Assembly (NCBI GenBank): GCA_040954595.2
Contig: CM082577.2
Coordinates: forward strand, 12,717,903 to 12,781,902
Length of the DNA stretch: 64,000 nucleotides
Direction of reading: 5' to 3'
Source of the DNA: Balanoglossus misakiensis
Taxonomy: Eukaryota; Animalia; Hemichordata
Position 1 is the stretch's first letter, and every line of letters starts with the position of its first letter. Positions 11,105-23,800 of this stretch are shown here, in pieces. Made by a program: the position numbers and the translations under genes. The notes below the pieces were generated by a model. That model searched no databases, was not told the DNA's origin, and saw nothing but the letters and a program-made list of their open reading frames with translations.

Positions 11105-12067
11105 AAAAAAAATGGCGTGTTGCAAACGACGAGAGTTGTTTAGCGTGTCGAATGCTGCTCTACGAAGCTCGTAGTTACCTTCTGACCGGGACATTTATGC
11201 TTGAACGGACTGGGTTCCCCCCCACTTCAGGTCGGTATATTCCTTGAAGCAGAGACGTGAATTGCTAGTTCCGCGGGTTGCAGTGTATCCCGTCTGTTGA
11301 ACTTTCTTTTAGACAATCGACGTATTGCGAAGAGAGACTATTGAGATGAGAATTAGCGGTGTAGGATATAGAGACGACGTACCAAACTGCCGTGTTGTAT
11401 TCTGAATTTGTGTTGTTGAAATCAATACGTCGGAAGAGTTTGAACCGCACTGCTGTGTGGACTGATAGTTTTGTGGCAAATTCGGGCGTGCGAGGCCGCC
11501 GCTAACCTTTCAGCGATCACCCGGCCGCTTGAGAACTTTCTCGACCTACGCATGAACTTGTTTGAGGCAGCAAAATATATGAACTCAGCGTGACAGGCTA
11601 CATTTTTTGAAAAATAACGTCGGCGCGTCATCGCGCCCAGCGGATTTTTTTTCTTCAGATCTGGCTTTTTTAACGTTTGTTTGGCGTTCATGATTAGTAT
11701 AAATCCATGTTCTTGTTCCGCTATTTCCATTCCGAAAACCCCAAAATTTTAAACGTGTACACTTTGACTAGAAAAGGCCTCAGACACCTTCATATGCTGT
11801 CCGGCAGCCGGGGTGGGATATCCGACCGCGGTGCAGCTCAAAGTGGCGCGGAGCTGGTCATGTTTGGAGCAGTGCAGCCGGCCGGTGGATCGACGTCTTA
11901 GCCTACACTTTCATACCCGCCGGCGTGCGGCAATCGGCAAGAACCCATCGGGAGGAACCCAGTCCGTTCAAGCGTAAATGTCCCAGTCAGAAGGTAACTA
12001 CGAGCTTCGTAGAGCAGCATTCGACACGCTAAACAACTCTCTTCGTTTGCAACACGCCATTTTTTTT
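11105..12067. mobile_element. Non-autonomous TIR element (~960 bp, ~114-bp TIRs)
   Basis: 11105-11218 (aaaaaaaatggcgtgttgcaaacg...ggactgggttcc) is the reverse complement of 11954-12067 with few mismatches; no credible internal ORF. Confidence 0.8.
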
Positions 12068-12537
12068 CCAAGTCCACGTTTTGTCGGACAAACGATTTCT
12101 GACGGTTCGACAGACGGTGGGTATAGACACGTCTGCTTGCGAAAATTCCGCCAATTTTTGTTGAATTTCTTCGTATGAAATCGAAGGAGTTTGTCGTTTT
12201 AAATACTCGATATATTGCTCTTCATCATTAGGAAGTCTCCTTGGTTGTCAGTGCAAAACATCCTCATAAAAGGTTCAGAGTAGACTACAGACAATCTCAC
12301 AGTGGGATTTCGCACGTTTGAAACGGTAACTTTGTTGCAAAATAAACAAAGTGCGGTATTCAGTTTCATGAACTTAGACGTTTTTTCTTATCATGGGAGA
12401 CGTTTTTTGTAACACTCGAACACAAAGAATTTCCAAGGTATTTTGAAAACGGTAGTAAGGTCACCTTGGAATCAACGAGACTGCTCAAGTGAACTCAGTC
12501 AGCCGATGGTTGACATAGTGGTCGTGTCCCTGATTTG

Positions 12538-13098
12538 ACCTCTCAGAACTAGTCTGACAGAACGAGTACACTACCACACTGATATATGGTCTTGTTTGTG
12601 TCCACCACGTTTCCTCACGTGCCCATTATTGTTCTAACCTCTTATTTTCAATAACACATATTCATTGATTTCAAACTCAAGTATAGATTCACCGCAATTC
12701 TTAGTTGTTTTAAACGTTGGCGACAAATGGTACATGAAAAAAGTTTTGACAAATGTGTTTTGGTATAAAGCCCTCCCTTTACTTTTTTAATTAAAGCCTC
12801 AATAGCTGCGTCTTTTACCTCTCAGAACTAGTCTGACAGAACGAGTACACTACCACACTGATATATGGTCTTGTTTGTGTCCACCACGTTTCCTCACGTG
12901 CCCATTATTGTTCTAACCTCTTATTTTCAATAACACATATTCATTGATTTCAAACTCAAGTATAGATTCACCGCAATTCTTAGTTGTTTTAAACGTTGGC
13001 GACAAATGGTACATGAAAAAAGTTTTGACAAATGTGTTTTGGTATAAAGCCCTCCCTTTACTTTTTTAATTAAAGCCTCAATAGCTGCGTCTTTTACC
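12538..13098. repeat. Tandem duplication, 279-bp unit x2
   Basis: 12538-12816 repeats at 12817-13095; ACC microhomology at all three junctions. Confidence 0.95.
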
Positions 13099-13426
13099 AC
13101 AGTTTCAATCGATAAAATACTTCAACCTTATCGTTAGTCAACAAATGACAATGCTTTGACTTCGTGGGAATTTTAATACATATTTTCTTATTATTTATAC
13201 AACGATAAATGTGTACTCTTATAATGGGTAGATAAACAAGCGCGGCACCCAATTATTATTTAACTTGCGAATTTTAAGTGTACAGCGACAGACAAAGGCT
13301 GATAAAAATGTTTGTGTTCACCCACCAGTCAACTCCATTTAAAAAACAATGTAAATTCACAAGTGAAATAATGGAAAACACTGTGAAAAATATTCTGCTA
13401 AATGAGATTTGCTATTGTGGCTTTAC

Positions 13427-13748
13427 AGGGACAAAGTTTCTCTCTTGTTGGCCTTTTCCATTAATTATATTTGATACAAGACACTGTTTATATTATTCAA
13501 TCAACTTTCGACCACACACAACTTCCATCCCACTTGCAGACACGAGAGTGTAAAACTCACCAAAATGAATAATCGGTGTTTACCATTTATTCATTTTGGC
13601 GAGATTTTCACTCTTTTGTCTACGGGAGGGTCGGAAGGTGTGTGTTGTTGAACGTTCATTCACTATATATCCACAAGTAGAATAACATAAACAGTGTCTT
13701 GTATAAAAAATATTGGAAAAAGGGTAGCGAGAGAGAGATTTTATCCCT
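13427..13748. mobile_element. Palindromic MITE with TTAA-type target (Kolobok-like)
   Basis: Termini agggacaaag / tttatccct, flanks ttac / ttaa; the whole element folds back (e.g. atacaagacactgtttat / ataaacagtgtcttgtat; ccaaaatgaataa / ttattcattttgg). Confidence 0.7.
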
Positions 13749-13758
13749 TTAAGTATCC

Positions 13759-16231
13759 CTACTCTTTGCGTTTTAGGGCCACAATTTTATGACTTTCTGG
13801 CTGAAGTAAACTTGCTACTTTCCCCTCCAGTGGTGGGATTGCTTCGCCATCGGGTAACTTGAATTGGAATTCTTGAATCCATCGAGACAGAAAGAGAAAT
13901 ATTTGCATCTTGGCTAGTCCTGAACCAATGCAGTCTCTTCCACCTGGAATAAAAAGACAAAATGCTTAAAGGCAGTGAGGCTTAGGTGAGATTGACACAC
14001 ACAAAAATGCTTAAAAATATAGTCTGAAATATTACTGATAGATGCCCATTGAACCTTCGCAAGCATAAGGACGGATATGCTTCAAATCTTTGTCGTCAGG
14101 TGCAATTATTGGGGATGTGACATTGCATGAGTTTGTGACTCAAAGTTTGAATCCTCTTTATTTACAAATGGACGGTGTCTCTGAAACGTTTCCAGTTTTA
14201 TCCAGTGTGAACCTGGCATACATTTCTTACCGATTGAAAATGGAATTATCTCCTCCCTGTTCACAACCTTGCCGCATTCATCCAGAAAGCGAGAAGGTTC
14301 GAACATTTCTGGATTTGCCCAGTATCGCGAAGTCTTGTGGACAGCCCACAAGTTGGCGAAAACCATTGTTCCTTTTGGAATAGTGTAGCCATACAGTTGG
14401 ACATCCTGCTGCGGTACGTGGGGCAAACCTAACGGGGAAATGGATGCCATTCTCTGAATCTCCAGCGTCACGGCTTCCAGGTAGGGCAGTTTGGATTTAT
14501 CAGCGAACGATGGGGCAGTGTCCAGCCCAACGACGTCTGTGATTTCCCGAAAGCACCTCTCCTGTACTTCCGGGTTCAGGCATAAGTACAGCAGACCCCA
14601 ACGCAGGGTAATCGCGGTGGTGGTCGAACCTGCCATGAACAGGTCAGTCAGCGATGTCGAAAAATATTCAGCATCACCAAAGATTTCCGATAGATTGTCG
14701 TCGGATGATTTGCGATTCTGGTATTTCTTCTCCAGCAATAAGTAGGTATATATGAATGATTCTCGGTCGGAGTCGTGCGGATTTTCCAGGCGATGCTGGT
14801 CGATTTCAGTCTTCACGCAGTCGTCTAACTCCTTCACAGAATGCCGAAGCCTGGATGTCACTGTTATGGGCATGTGCCACAGCAAAGGAATGAAGGTCAT
14901 CAAGGCCGACGCTTCAAAGTCACTCTCAAAATTTGAAAGCGCCTCTAACAAACGTCTGAAATTGCCGTCGTCGTACTCAAACCTCTTTCCAAAAAGCATG
15001 TTGCACGTGATGTTCGAAACTGCATTCATAATGAGGTGATCCAAATCTGTCGGCTCACCGTTTAATTCTCGAATGCTGCTCGTCAGATAGTCGTTTTCTT
15101 CATGAATTCGCTCTTCCGTCGCGCGTTTTGCCATTCCAAGTTCGTGCAGAATGTGCCTACATTGTCTTCTGAGGTCTCGACATACTGGCCAGAGAGAACT
15201 GACGACGCCTAGATGAGTTAAAATATACAATTAATGTTACAATTAAAATTGAATTGTGTTTTTTCCGAGTTGTACGTGTTTAAAGGAACAATGGTTAATT
15301 TATTGATATACAAAAAAGTCTCTGTTGAAAACTTCGATGTTGTTTTCCAGCGCAAAATACCAAAATTTCGCAACGACACTGAGGTGAGAGATATTGATAG
15401 ATGTTGAAATTATATATCACTTCATTGCCTCAGCTGTGGAGGCTCTGTGAGGAAACATCCCAACACACAGCATGACACTAGAAGGTCAGAAGGGCCAATG
15501 AATCTATAGAAATTGCCACTCGCCAATCTTAACAGGATTGACCCCTTCAGTGATTGTGTGCTTGACCCACGGCCACCTCGAACACCTAAGGGTCAACTTA
15601 AGCAATTTAAAAGAAGCCTTGGACTGAATATACGTTAGATTGACAAAAATGACACAGAACAGAATCACATTTGTAAATAATTATAGGTCAGTTTCGTCAA
15701 AGTCTTATACGTATGCAAAATACAAACAACAGCCCAGTAACTATAGAAGTTAACCGTTGCCTGCAGCTTGCTCGTTTCAAAAATCGTGTCTTTCGTCAAA
15801 AAATGACTGTACACACAAAATTATATGCGCACTTTGCTTTGCAACTTGCCCACACCACCTGAGAGAAAACCAATTATACGGATTTAAAGTTTACCTTTAT
15901 TTTTTCCGAGTTGTGCAAAGCTTCCAACTTGAGGCCGAGATGAGAACTGTGACGCCCGCTTGACGAAGGCGTCCTTGATAGCTTGGTGGCTGTTCAGTAC
16001 CACCACCAGTTCCGTCCCCAGTCGTACGCTCAACACGTCGCCATAGTTTTGGGCCCACTCGTTAAACGTTTTGTAAGGTCTTTCGCCTAGACGAAATAAA
16101 CACCCAATGACAGGCAATCCCCAGGGACCAGGTGGTAGATTATGGTTACATCGGCGAATGTACCAAACTGTGAAAAATATTGTCACTGCCAGAACGAGAA
16201 TGAGATTTGTCAAGGTGTCTGTAAACGCCAT
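13759..16231 (-). CDS. Cytochrome P450, CYP2 clan; 3 exons (16231-15895, 15208-14231, 13943-13759), 499 aa
   Basis: N-terminal TM anchor plus PPGPWGLPVIG; I-helix DLFMAGSTTT; K-helix EIQR; FEPSRF; heme motif FSIG|GRDCIG formed across intron 2. Both introns are GT-AG phase 1 and the spliced CDS is 1500 nt ending in TAG. Confidence 0.93.
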
Positions 16232-16532
16232 GTTTTCAGCTTCTTCGTTATTGAAGCAAACACGTGACCTAAAAATAGCCACTCTGTATGCAAGCGAAGA
16301 TTTACAGCCACAACAGTCTACCTTTTTAGACCCCTGGATGACCTTACATCCAGGTGTTGCGTTGTCATGATATCATATTCAACGTCGTATACGACTGTCA
16401 CCCTTTTCGAGAATATTCGAAATGTTTGTTTTATAATTTGTTAGTCTTAGACTAGTGCATCGGTGCAATACTATACTATAGTTGACAGTTCCAGAGTTTA
16501 AATTAAAAGTTGAAAACTCATATAAATAAATG

Positions 16533-16605
16533 CCAAACTGTGGACAAGGTTGTCACTGCCAGTACGACGAAGGTATTTGTCAAGCTGTCTGTGTACGCCA
16601 TGTTT
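16533..16605 (-). pseudogene. Relic copy of the P450 start (MAYTDSLTNTFVVLAVTTLSTVW)
   Basis: Aligns to 16163-16236 (MAFTDTLTNLILVLAVTIFFTVW); similarity stops after the TM anchor. Confidence 0.75.
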
Positions 16606-17251
16606 TTTTCTGCTGGTACTGTAGTGCCTTTTGTCGCTATTTTGCTTCAGTAATACACCACGGGTTTCATAAGTCTAACGCCCTCTTGTGGCCATCATGA
16701 ATTTGACCTCAAAGCGAGTCCACTGGGTGTACGCCCCTGAGTTGATGACAGCTCATAAACAAAGGCACAGCGGTTTGTTGACGGAAGTGGTGACGCCGAT
16801 GAAACTTTTCAAGGTAAGAATTTCTCGATTTCGCAGCTGTATTTTTGTTTTCAGTCATATTTTAAGCACCTTCTTGTTAGCTTCTGAGATTATATAGCAA
16901 AAAAAGTGTGAATTTCTTTCAATTTTTGCGATCTCAATTTTTTTTTTGAGCGACCGATATAGCGCACGGTTAGCTGGAAAGTTGGCATTCTGATCAAAGG
17001 CACGTATCGATCGATCGACTCTGCGAAAAAAATCAAAGTTTACATGCAGTTTTAATTATGATCGAACCCATAGCCGAACTGCTAAGGGGTGTTATTCACC
17101 GAAACTTTATGAATGAGCGCTTTTAAAAGTTTTAGTTTTATTGCAGACTTTCAGACCTTCGGCAGCCTATATTCCTCTTGTATTTGTATTCATGTTCAAT
17201 GCTTCACAGAGTAAAACATAATGTAATTGATATACTGGATTTTCACACAGA

Positions 17252-18085
17252 ATGGATGTCACCGTCAGCAATGTATCTCTCAGCGAAGATGGTATCCCAG
17301 GAGCCTGCTTTGATGGTATTGATCCAGCAACGCTGAAAAAGGACAGGCTCCAATTTTGGTTAAGATGTAGGGGTGACGCCTTGAAGAACATAAAAACAAA
17401 GGCACAGTTGTTGACAAGGCAAGTAGGGGCCGGGTAAATTATGTGTTCCATTTGGTTTTGTTGGTCAAACAATATAATAATAAATTATGGTCTACAAATA
17501 AATGAATATACATGTATTGCAAATAATACTATTAAAATAACAATATTGAAACATTTCTTTTTTTTCTCTGTAGAATAAAGGTGTACATGGGAAATGGAAC
17601 TGATGCACATATTGTTGATCCAGATCCAAACAAAAGCTATACATGTACTAAGATGAAGATACAGAATTTGAAGGCACTATCGTCAGCCCAAACTCCAGCA
17701 AATGTCATGTCAGCTCCTGTAGCACCTGTAGGACTGTCCACTTCTTACCCAAAAGATGGGTGGGGCACGTCGTTGCTAGGATTGCCTATGTTCACTAGAG
17801 CACATATAAATATCCATCTCTCAAAAACAGGGAAGCACGTAAAGGGGGATACTGAGGATAATCACCCAACTAATCAGCAACGGGGAAAAGTGTTCTTTGA
17901 AGAAAAATGTATATCCATGATTTTATGACAAATAAAGACACAAAATACTTTTATTTTACAGCAAGGTGTAACCATAGCTACAAAAACATGCAGAGCCACA
18001 TTGACTGAAACTAAAGCTTGATCGTCTGGATGGTAATGTTGTACATGCTAACTGTACCTGTAAAGCTGGACTTGTAGGCTACTGT
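17252..18085 (+). pseudogene. Decayed transposon-associated protein (SAP-like N-terminus + SWIM finger), probably ISL2EU/Harbinger accessory ORF type
   Basis: LSEDGIPGA...LQFWLRCRG...KTKAQLLTR joins IKVYMGNG..IVDPDP through a GC-AG intron (~17419-17573). A later frameshifted segment ends ANCTCKAGLVGYC (SWIM), cut off by a repeat. Confidence 0.55.
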
Positions 18086-18434
18086 ATGATATTCTTCTGT
18101 TTGAATTTAATTCGACGGCAACCTTTATAAACGGGCCCATGTCACCTGAATGTATATAGTCGTAAACATATCCTGGGTTGGAGACTCATGGACAGGTTGA
18201 CTTCATTTGGTCCTATTACACTGCTCGTACTTTTCTCAGCATTGCCGTATACTCTAATCATTTATGCTGTTGCCATATGCTGCCAAGACTGAGCATGCGT
18301 ATTATTGAAATGATTAATTCCAAGTACAATCCTGGTGGAGTGAAAATCAACCTCAAATACATGTAGCTATCTTCTTGGAACATGTAATTGATGTAACCTC
18401 TGCAACACTTAGTAATAAAAAAAAATAAAAAAAA
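18086..18434 (+). repeat. Interspersed repeat with A-rich tail (retroposon 3' end-like); partial second copy at 19412-19579
   Basis: 18086-18251 matches 19412-19579; the first copy ends aataaaaaaaaataaaaaaaa. Confidence 0.6.
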
Positions 18435-18496
18435 TCGAAATTCTGTCTGGGTGTCTCTTAAATAATTAACAAAACATTTATAATTTAATTAAAGGA

Positions 18497-19010
18497 TGAG
18501 CACGGTTCGCATGTATTGTTGACATTAGATATCAGTGCATCACTGTGTAGAGTAGAGGACATTCCTAAAAGAATGGTCAGTTGTGAGTGCTGACGTCATT
18601 GTCAGAATTGAAGACAGAAAAGGGAAACCAGTCATACCATACAAAGCAATCATAGCAAAGATCTCCGAAGGGTTACACGAAGACATTAGAGTTATTGACA
18701 ACAGAGATGGTACACACAGTCTGAGAATTCAAGCAGATGTTGGTGGTAGACATGAAGTCAGCATAACATTGGTGATCAGCCGATACCAGGATCACCATTT
18801 GTAATTTCTGTCAAGGGTTTGGTGAAGATAATAGGCAAACGTCAGCTTAGACTGCCATTAGGGATAACTACTAATAAACACTTTGTTACAGCTGACCTCG
18901 GTAACAATTGGGTGCATATAGCCGATAGAGATGGCAAACACAAAACAAGCTTACGGTTCACACAGTTTGTGCATCCATTCGAAGCAATTCACACGGAAGT
19001 CTGATGATAA
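18497..19010 (+). pseudogene. TRIM-NHL-like fragment (filamin repeat + first NHL repeat)
   Basis: VIDNRDGTHSL...GRHEVSI, then a frameshift to GDQPIPGSPFVISV (filamin), followed by P.GITT..FVTADLGNNWVHIADRDGK (NHL). Confidence 0.75.
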
Positions 19011-19677
19011 ATATGTACATAGGAAAAAAGGGGGCATTTTTTTCGTAGAGGCAATAAATTAGCACTATTTATTCCTCTTGATTAAATTTTAATAAACCTT
19101 TTCCTTAGTAACGGTTGAACGCGATTGGAAATGTGTATTTACTAAATATAACTATTTCGCTTGGCGAAGTTTCAATTTGCTTGATCCAACATCACCCATG
19201 GTTTTGGAGCAGAACACGAAAAACATCGATGACTAGTACTCGACAAACAGTAGGGGTTATTCCCTACCCAATCCCACATATTTAATAAAACAATATCGAC
19301 GAACCCCTACGTTTTACTTCTATGGGGACTGTCAATATTTTTTTACAAAAAAGCGGACCGCAAACTGTTTTCGTCTATTGACGTAGCATGTTTACCATGT
19401 TATTGGAAAGCATGATATTCTTCTGTTCGAATTTAATTCGACGGTAACCTTTATAAACGGGCCCATGCCACCTGAATGTATGTAGTCGTGAACATATCCT
19501 GGGGTTGGAGACTCATGGACAGGATGACTTCATTTGGTCCTATTACACTGCTCGTACTTTTCTCAGCATTGCCTTATACGACATGTGAGTATACACTATA
19601 TATTTAACATATAAACTTACAACATGCCATTTCCATCCATCCATCTATCCATCCATTGGTACGTATGTACATACATA

Positions 19678-19708
<31 letters not shown>

Positions 19709-19750
19709 CATACATACATACATACATACATACATACATACATACATACA
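19678..19750. repeat. (TACA)n microsatellite
   Basis: Direct reading. Confidence 0.95.
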
Positions 19751-19931
19751 TTTGCGTGCATGCATGTATTAGAGTTCTACTATTTGATGCTCCAAACATA
19801 GAAGAATACATGCCAAAGTACTATACAAGTTGAAAATCGCCTGTTATAAAATTAGAATCATTCCAAATTCCACAGCTACAATGTCTTTGCATGTTATATT
19901 AAAGAAGGTTTTCTGTCTTTCCACGTTTCAG

Positions 19932-22900
19932 GTGAGGGAAACACTCTCGAATTGCGTTCCACTAGAACAGACGTTGCTGTTCAAATCAATGTCCCTGATT
20001 TAAGAGCTGTGACTGCGTGTCTCTGGGTAAAAGCTTCTTCGCCAAAAGCAACGGCAACGTTGGTTTCTTACTGCGTCAGCAGATCCAGCTGTAACGAGTT
20101 ACTCTTCTTTGGTACAACCTCTCTGACACTGAACGTCAAAGAGAAAAGCGCCAAGACAGGATTGGGGGTAGATGATGGCGCCTGGCATCATATGTGCTTG
20201 ACATGGTCCTCAAGTGGTGGAAACTGGGCAAGTTACCATAATGGTGACTTGTATCTGAGTGGAGATGGTTTGGCGTCTGGTGAGACTATAAGAACTGGTG
20301 GGACATTGGTGTTAGGTCAAGATCAAGATGACCGGAGGGGTGGATATGATGTGTCACAGGCATTTGTTGGCAGCATCACTCAATTAAACATGTGGTCCAG
20401 AGTTTTAACAGATGGGCAAGTTGCAATGGTTGCACAAGACTGCTCAATTGGAGGAGATGTCTTTACTTGGAATACTGCTTCTCTCTACATGTCAGCTAAT
20501 GCGGATCTGGGAAAGAGCAATGTTTGCAGTAAGTTATGTTTTTAACTAGTGTTCAACTAATAAGTGTCCCTAACATAGAAGAATGCATGCGAAAGTACCA
20601 TATAAGTTGAAAATTTCTTGTTAAAAAAATTAGAATCATTCCAAATTCCACAGCTAAAATGTCTTTGCATTTTATATTAACCCTCTGAATGCCGCAGTTT
20701 TCGCTCACAAAATGTAGTGCAACATTTTTGTATCATTTTCACAAATTTTCCCCTGTTTTTACCTTGAATTTTAGACCAAGTGGGCATAATATTCTATTGT
20801 CTGCAGATCTTGATCAAAATTTTAGGAGGAAAAATATGGTAAATGTATAAAATGGGGTTTTAATTTTGTGGAAAATGATGACACGTTGACTATGGCATTG
20901 AAAAGGTTAAAGAAGGTTGTCTGCCTTTCCACGTTTCAGGTGAGGGAAACACTCTCGAATTGCGTTCAACTAGAACAGACGTTGCTGTTCAAATCAATGT
21001 CCCTGATTTAAGAGCTGTGACTGCGTGTCTCTGGGTAAAAGCTTCTTCGCCAAAAGCAACGGCAACGTTGGTTTCTTACTGTGCCAGCAGATCCAGCTGT
21101 AACGAGTTACTCTTCTTTGGTACAACCTCTCTGACACTGAACGTCAAAGGGAAAGGCGCTCAGACAGGATTGGGGGTAGATGATGGTGCGTGGCATCATA
21201 TGTGCTTGACATGGTCCTCAAGTGGTGGAAACTGGGCAAGTTACCATAATGGTGAATTGGTACACAGCGGTCAAGGTTTAGCGTCTGGTGAGACTATAAG
21301 AACTGGTGGGACATTGGTGTTAGGTCAAGATCAAGATGACCGGAGGGGTGGATATGATGTGTCACAGGCATTTGTTGGCAGCATCACTCAATTCAACATG
21401 TGGTCCAGAGTTTTAACAGATGAGCAAGTTGCGATGGTAGCACAAGACTGCTCAATTGAAGGAGATGCCTTTACTTGGAATACTGCTTCTCTCTACATGT
21501 CAGCTAATGCGGATCTGGGAAAGAGCAATGTTTGCAGTAAGTTTTGTTATTTTATTAGTGTAAAACTATCCGAGGCCCCTGACATAGAAGAATATATACG
21601 AAAGTACAATGGTAGTTGAAAATCTCCTGTTATACAATTAGAATCATTCCAAATTCCACAGCTACAATGCATTGCATTTTATATTAAAGAAGATTTTCTG
21701 TCTTTCCACGTTTCAGGTGAGGGAAACACTCTCGAATTGCGTTCCACTAGAACAGACGTTGCTGTTCAAATCAATGTCCCTGATTTAAGAGCTGTGACTG
21801 CGTGTCTCTGGGTAAAAGCTTCTTCGCCAAAAGCAACGGCAACGTTGGTTTCTTACTGTGTCAGCAGATCCAGCTGTAACGAGTTACTCTTCTTTGGTAC
21901 AACCTCTCTGACACTGAACGTCAAAGGAAAAGGCGCTCAGACAGGATTGGGGGTAGATGATGGCGCCTGGCATCATATGTGCGTGACATGGTCCTCAAGT
22001 GGTGGAAAATGGGCAAGTTACCATAATGGTGACTTGTATCTGAATGGAGATGGTTTAGCGTCTGGTGAGACTATAAGAACTGGTGGGACATTGGTGTTAG
22101 GTCAAGATCAAGATGACCGGAGGGGTGGATATGATGTGTCACAGGCATTTGTTGGCAGCATCACTCAATTCAACATGTGGTCCAGAGTCTTAACAGATGG
22201 GCAAGTTGCAATGGTGGCACAAGACTGCTCAATTGGAGGAGATATCTTTACTTGGAATACTGCTTCTCTCTACATGTCAGCTAATGCGGATCTGGGAAAG
22301 AGCAATGTTTGCAGTGAGTTATGTTTTTAATTATAGTTCAACTATTTAGTGTCCCTAACATAGAATAATGCATGCAAAAGTACTATACAAGTTGAAAATC
22401 GCCTGTTATAAAATTAAAGCTGCAAGCAGCATTGTCGGCGCTCAAGCTCTATTATCTGATCTGGAATTAGATATGCACATAATTAATACGTAGAAACATA
22501 ATGCTGTCATCGGTGTTTTATCCTTTGAAATAACATGGCTGTATGTATGTTTGGTGCTGAGATATGTGAATGTAGGTCTAAGGTCACTCCAAATTTGGTC
22601 AAAATTTACTTGCCAATGTCCAACAAAAACCAGACCCCCAACCATTTTGGTTGGCCTGGATTTAGATATGCGAATAATTAATGAGGTAAAGTGTGAGACT
22701 CAATTAGGAGTGCCATCCCTCCAAATGCCAAAGCTGTATCTGCTGTGTATGTCGAGATATGCAAAAGTAGGTAAAAGGTCACCCAAAACTTGGGCAAAAT
22801 ATTTTAACCCCATACGGATCCATGGCCAACAAAAACCATACCTCTAGGTTTATTGGTTCATCTGTAATTAGGTATGTGCATATTTAATGAGGTCAGCAGA

Positions 22901-23761
22901 GGTCAAAGGGGTCATGAAAAGTAGTAAAAAATTTTGATCACATACAAATCCACATACATCAAAAACCAAACTTATAACCCAATTGGTTAGCCTGGAGTTA
23001 GATATGCAGAAAAAGTATGTGTCAAAAGTAGGTCAAAGGTCATTGTCAAAATTACCAAAGTATTTGTAGCTGATTATTGTCATATAATGATTCATATCCA
23101 TTAAAAGAATTTCTGTGCTATCAATTTTTAGGCTAGAAAGAGAATTTTTACTTTTTAATCGGTTTTCAAAAAATCCAATATGGCCGCCATAATCTGCGAC
23201 CAATCACAACGCTCTTCACAAACTTGATGACACCAGTTAGGTGACTACACACCCCAAATCCCACAACTCGGTTATTGCCGGTTCTGGAGAAGATTATTTT
23301 TGAAATTTTACTATGATTTTCGAAAATCCAAAATGGACGCAACAATCTTCGACCAATCACAATGATCTTCGCAAACTTGATAGACATCAGTTAGATGACC
23401 ACATACCCTGAACCCGGTTATCACCGGTTCTGGAGAAAAAGATTTTTGAAATTTAAACCAGATTTCAGAAAAAAAATTGTAGCAAAAAAACTGCAACTTT
23501 GACAACATACTATCCAATTACAAAAATGATGGGCATAAGGCGTACTAGCTGCACACCAAATTTCAAGTCAATCTGACTTGTAGTTTCTGAGATCTGTGAT
23601 TTGCATTCGTTCAGAAAATCCAATATGGCCGCCAGGTCACTTGACTAATTAATTATTCACGAGTCAGTGCACCTCACTGACCTTGACCACTGTCGCAAGT
23701 TTGAGAAGTGTACCTGTAGCCGTTTCAGAGATCTAGGTGAGCAAAGAATTGCCACAAGAAT

Positions 23762-23800
<39 letters not shown>

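Noticed and set aside
14106-15230. Stand-alone 374-aa P450 lacking the heme Cys
   Set aside because: It is exon 2 read into the introns; the Cys lies in exon 3.
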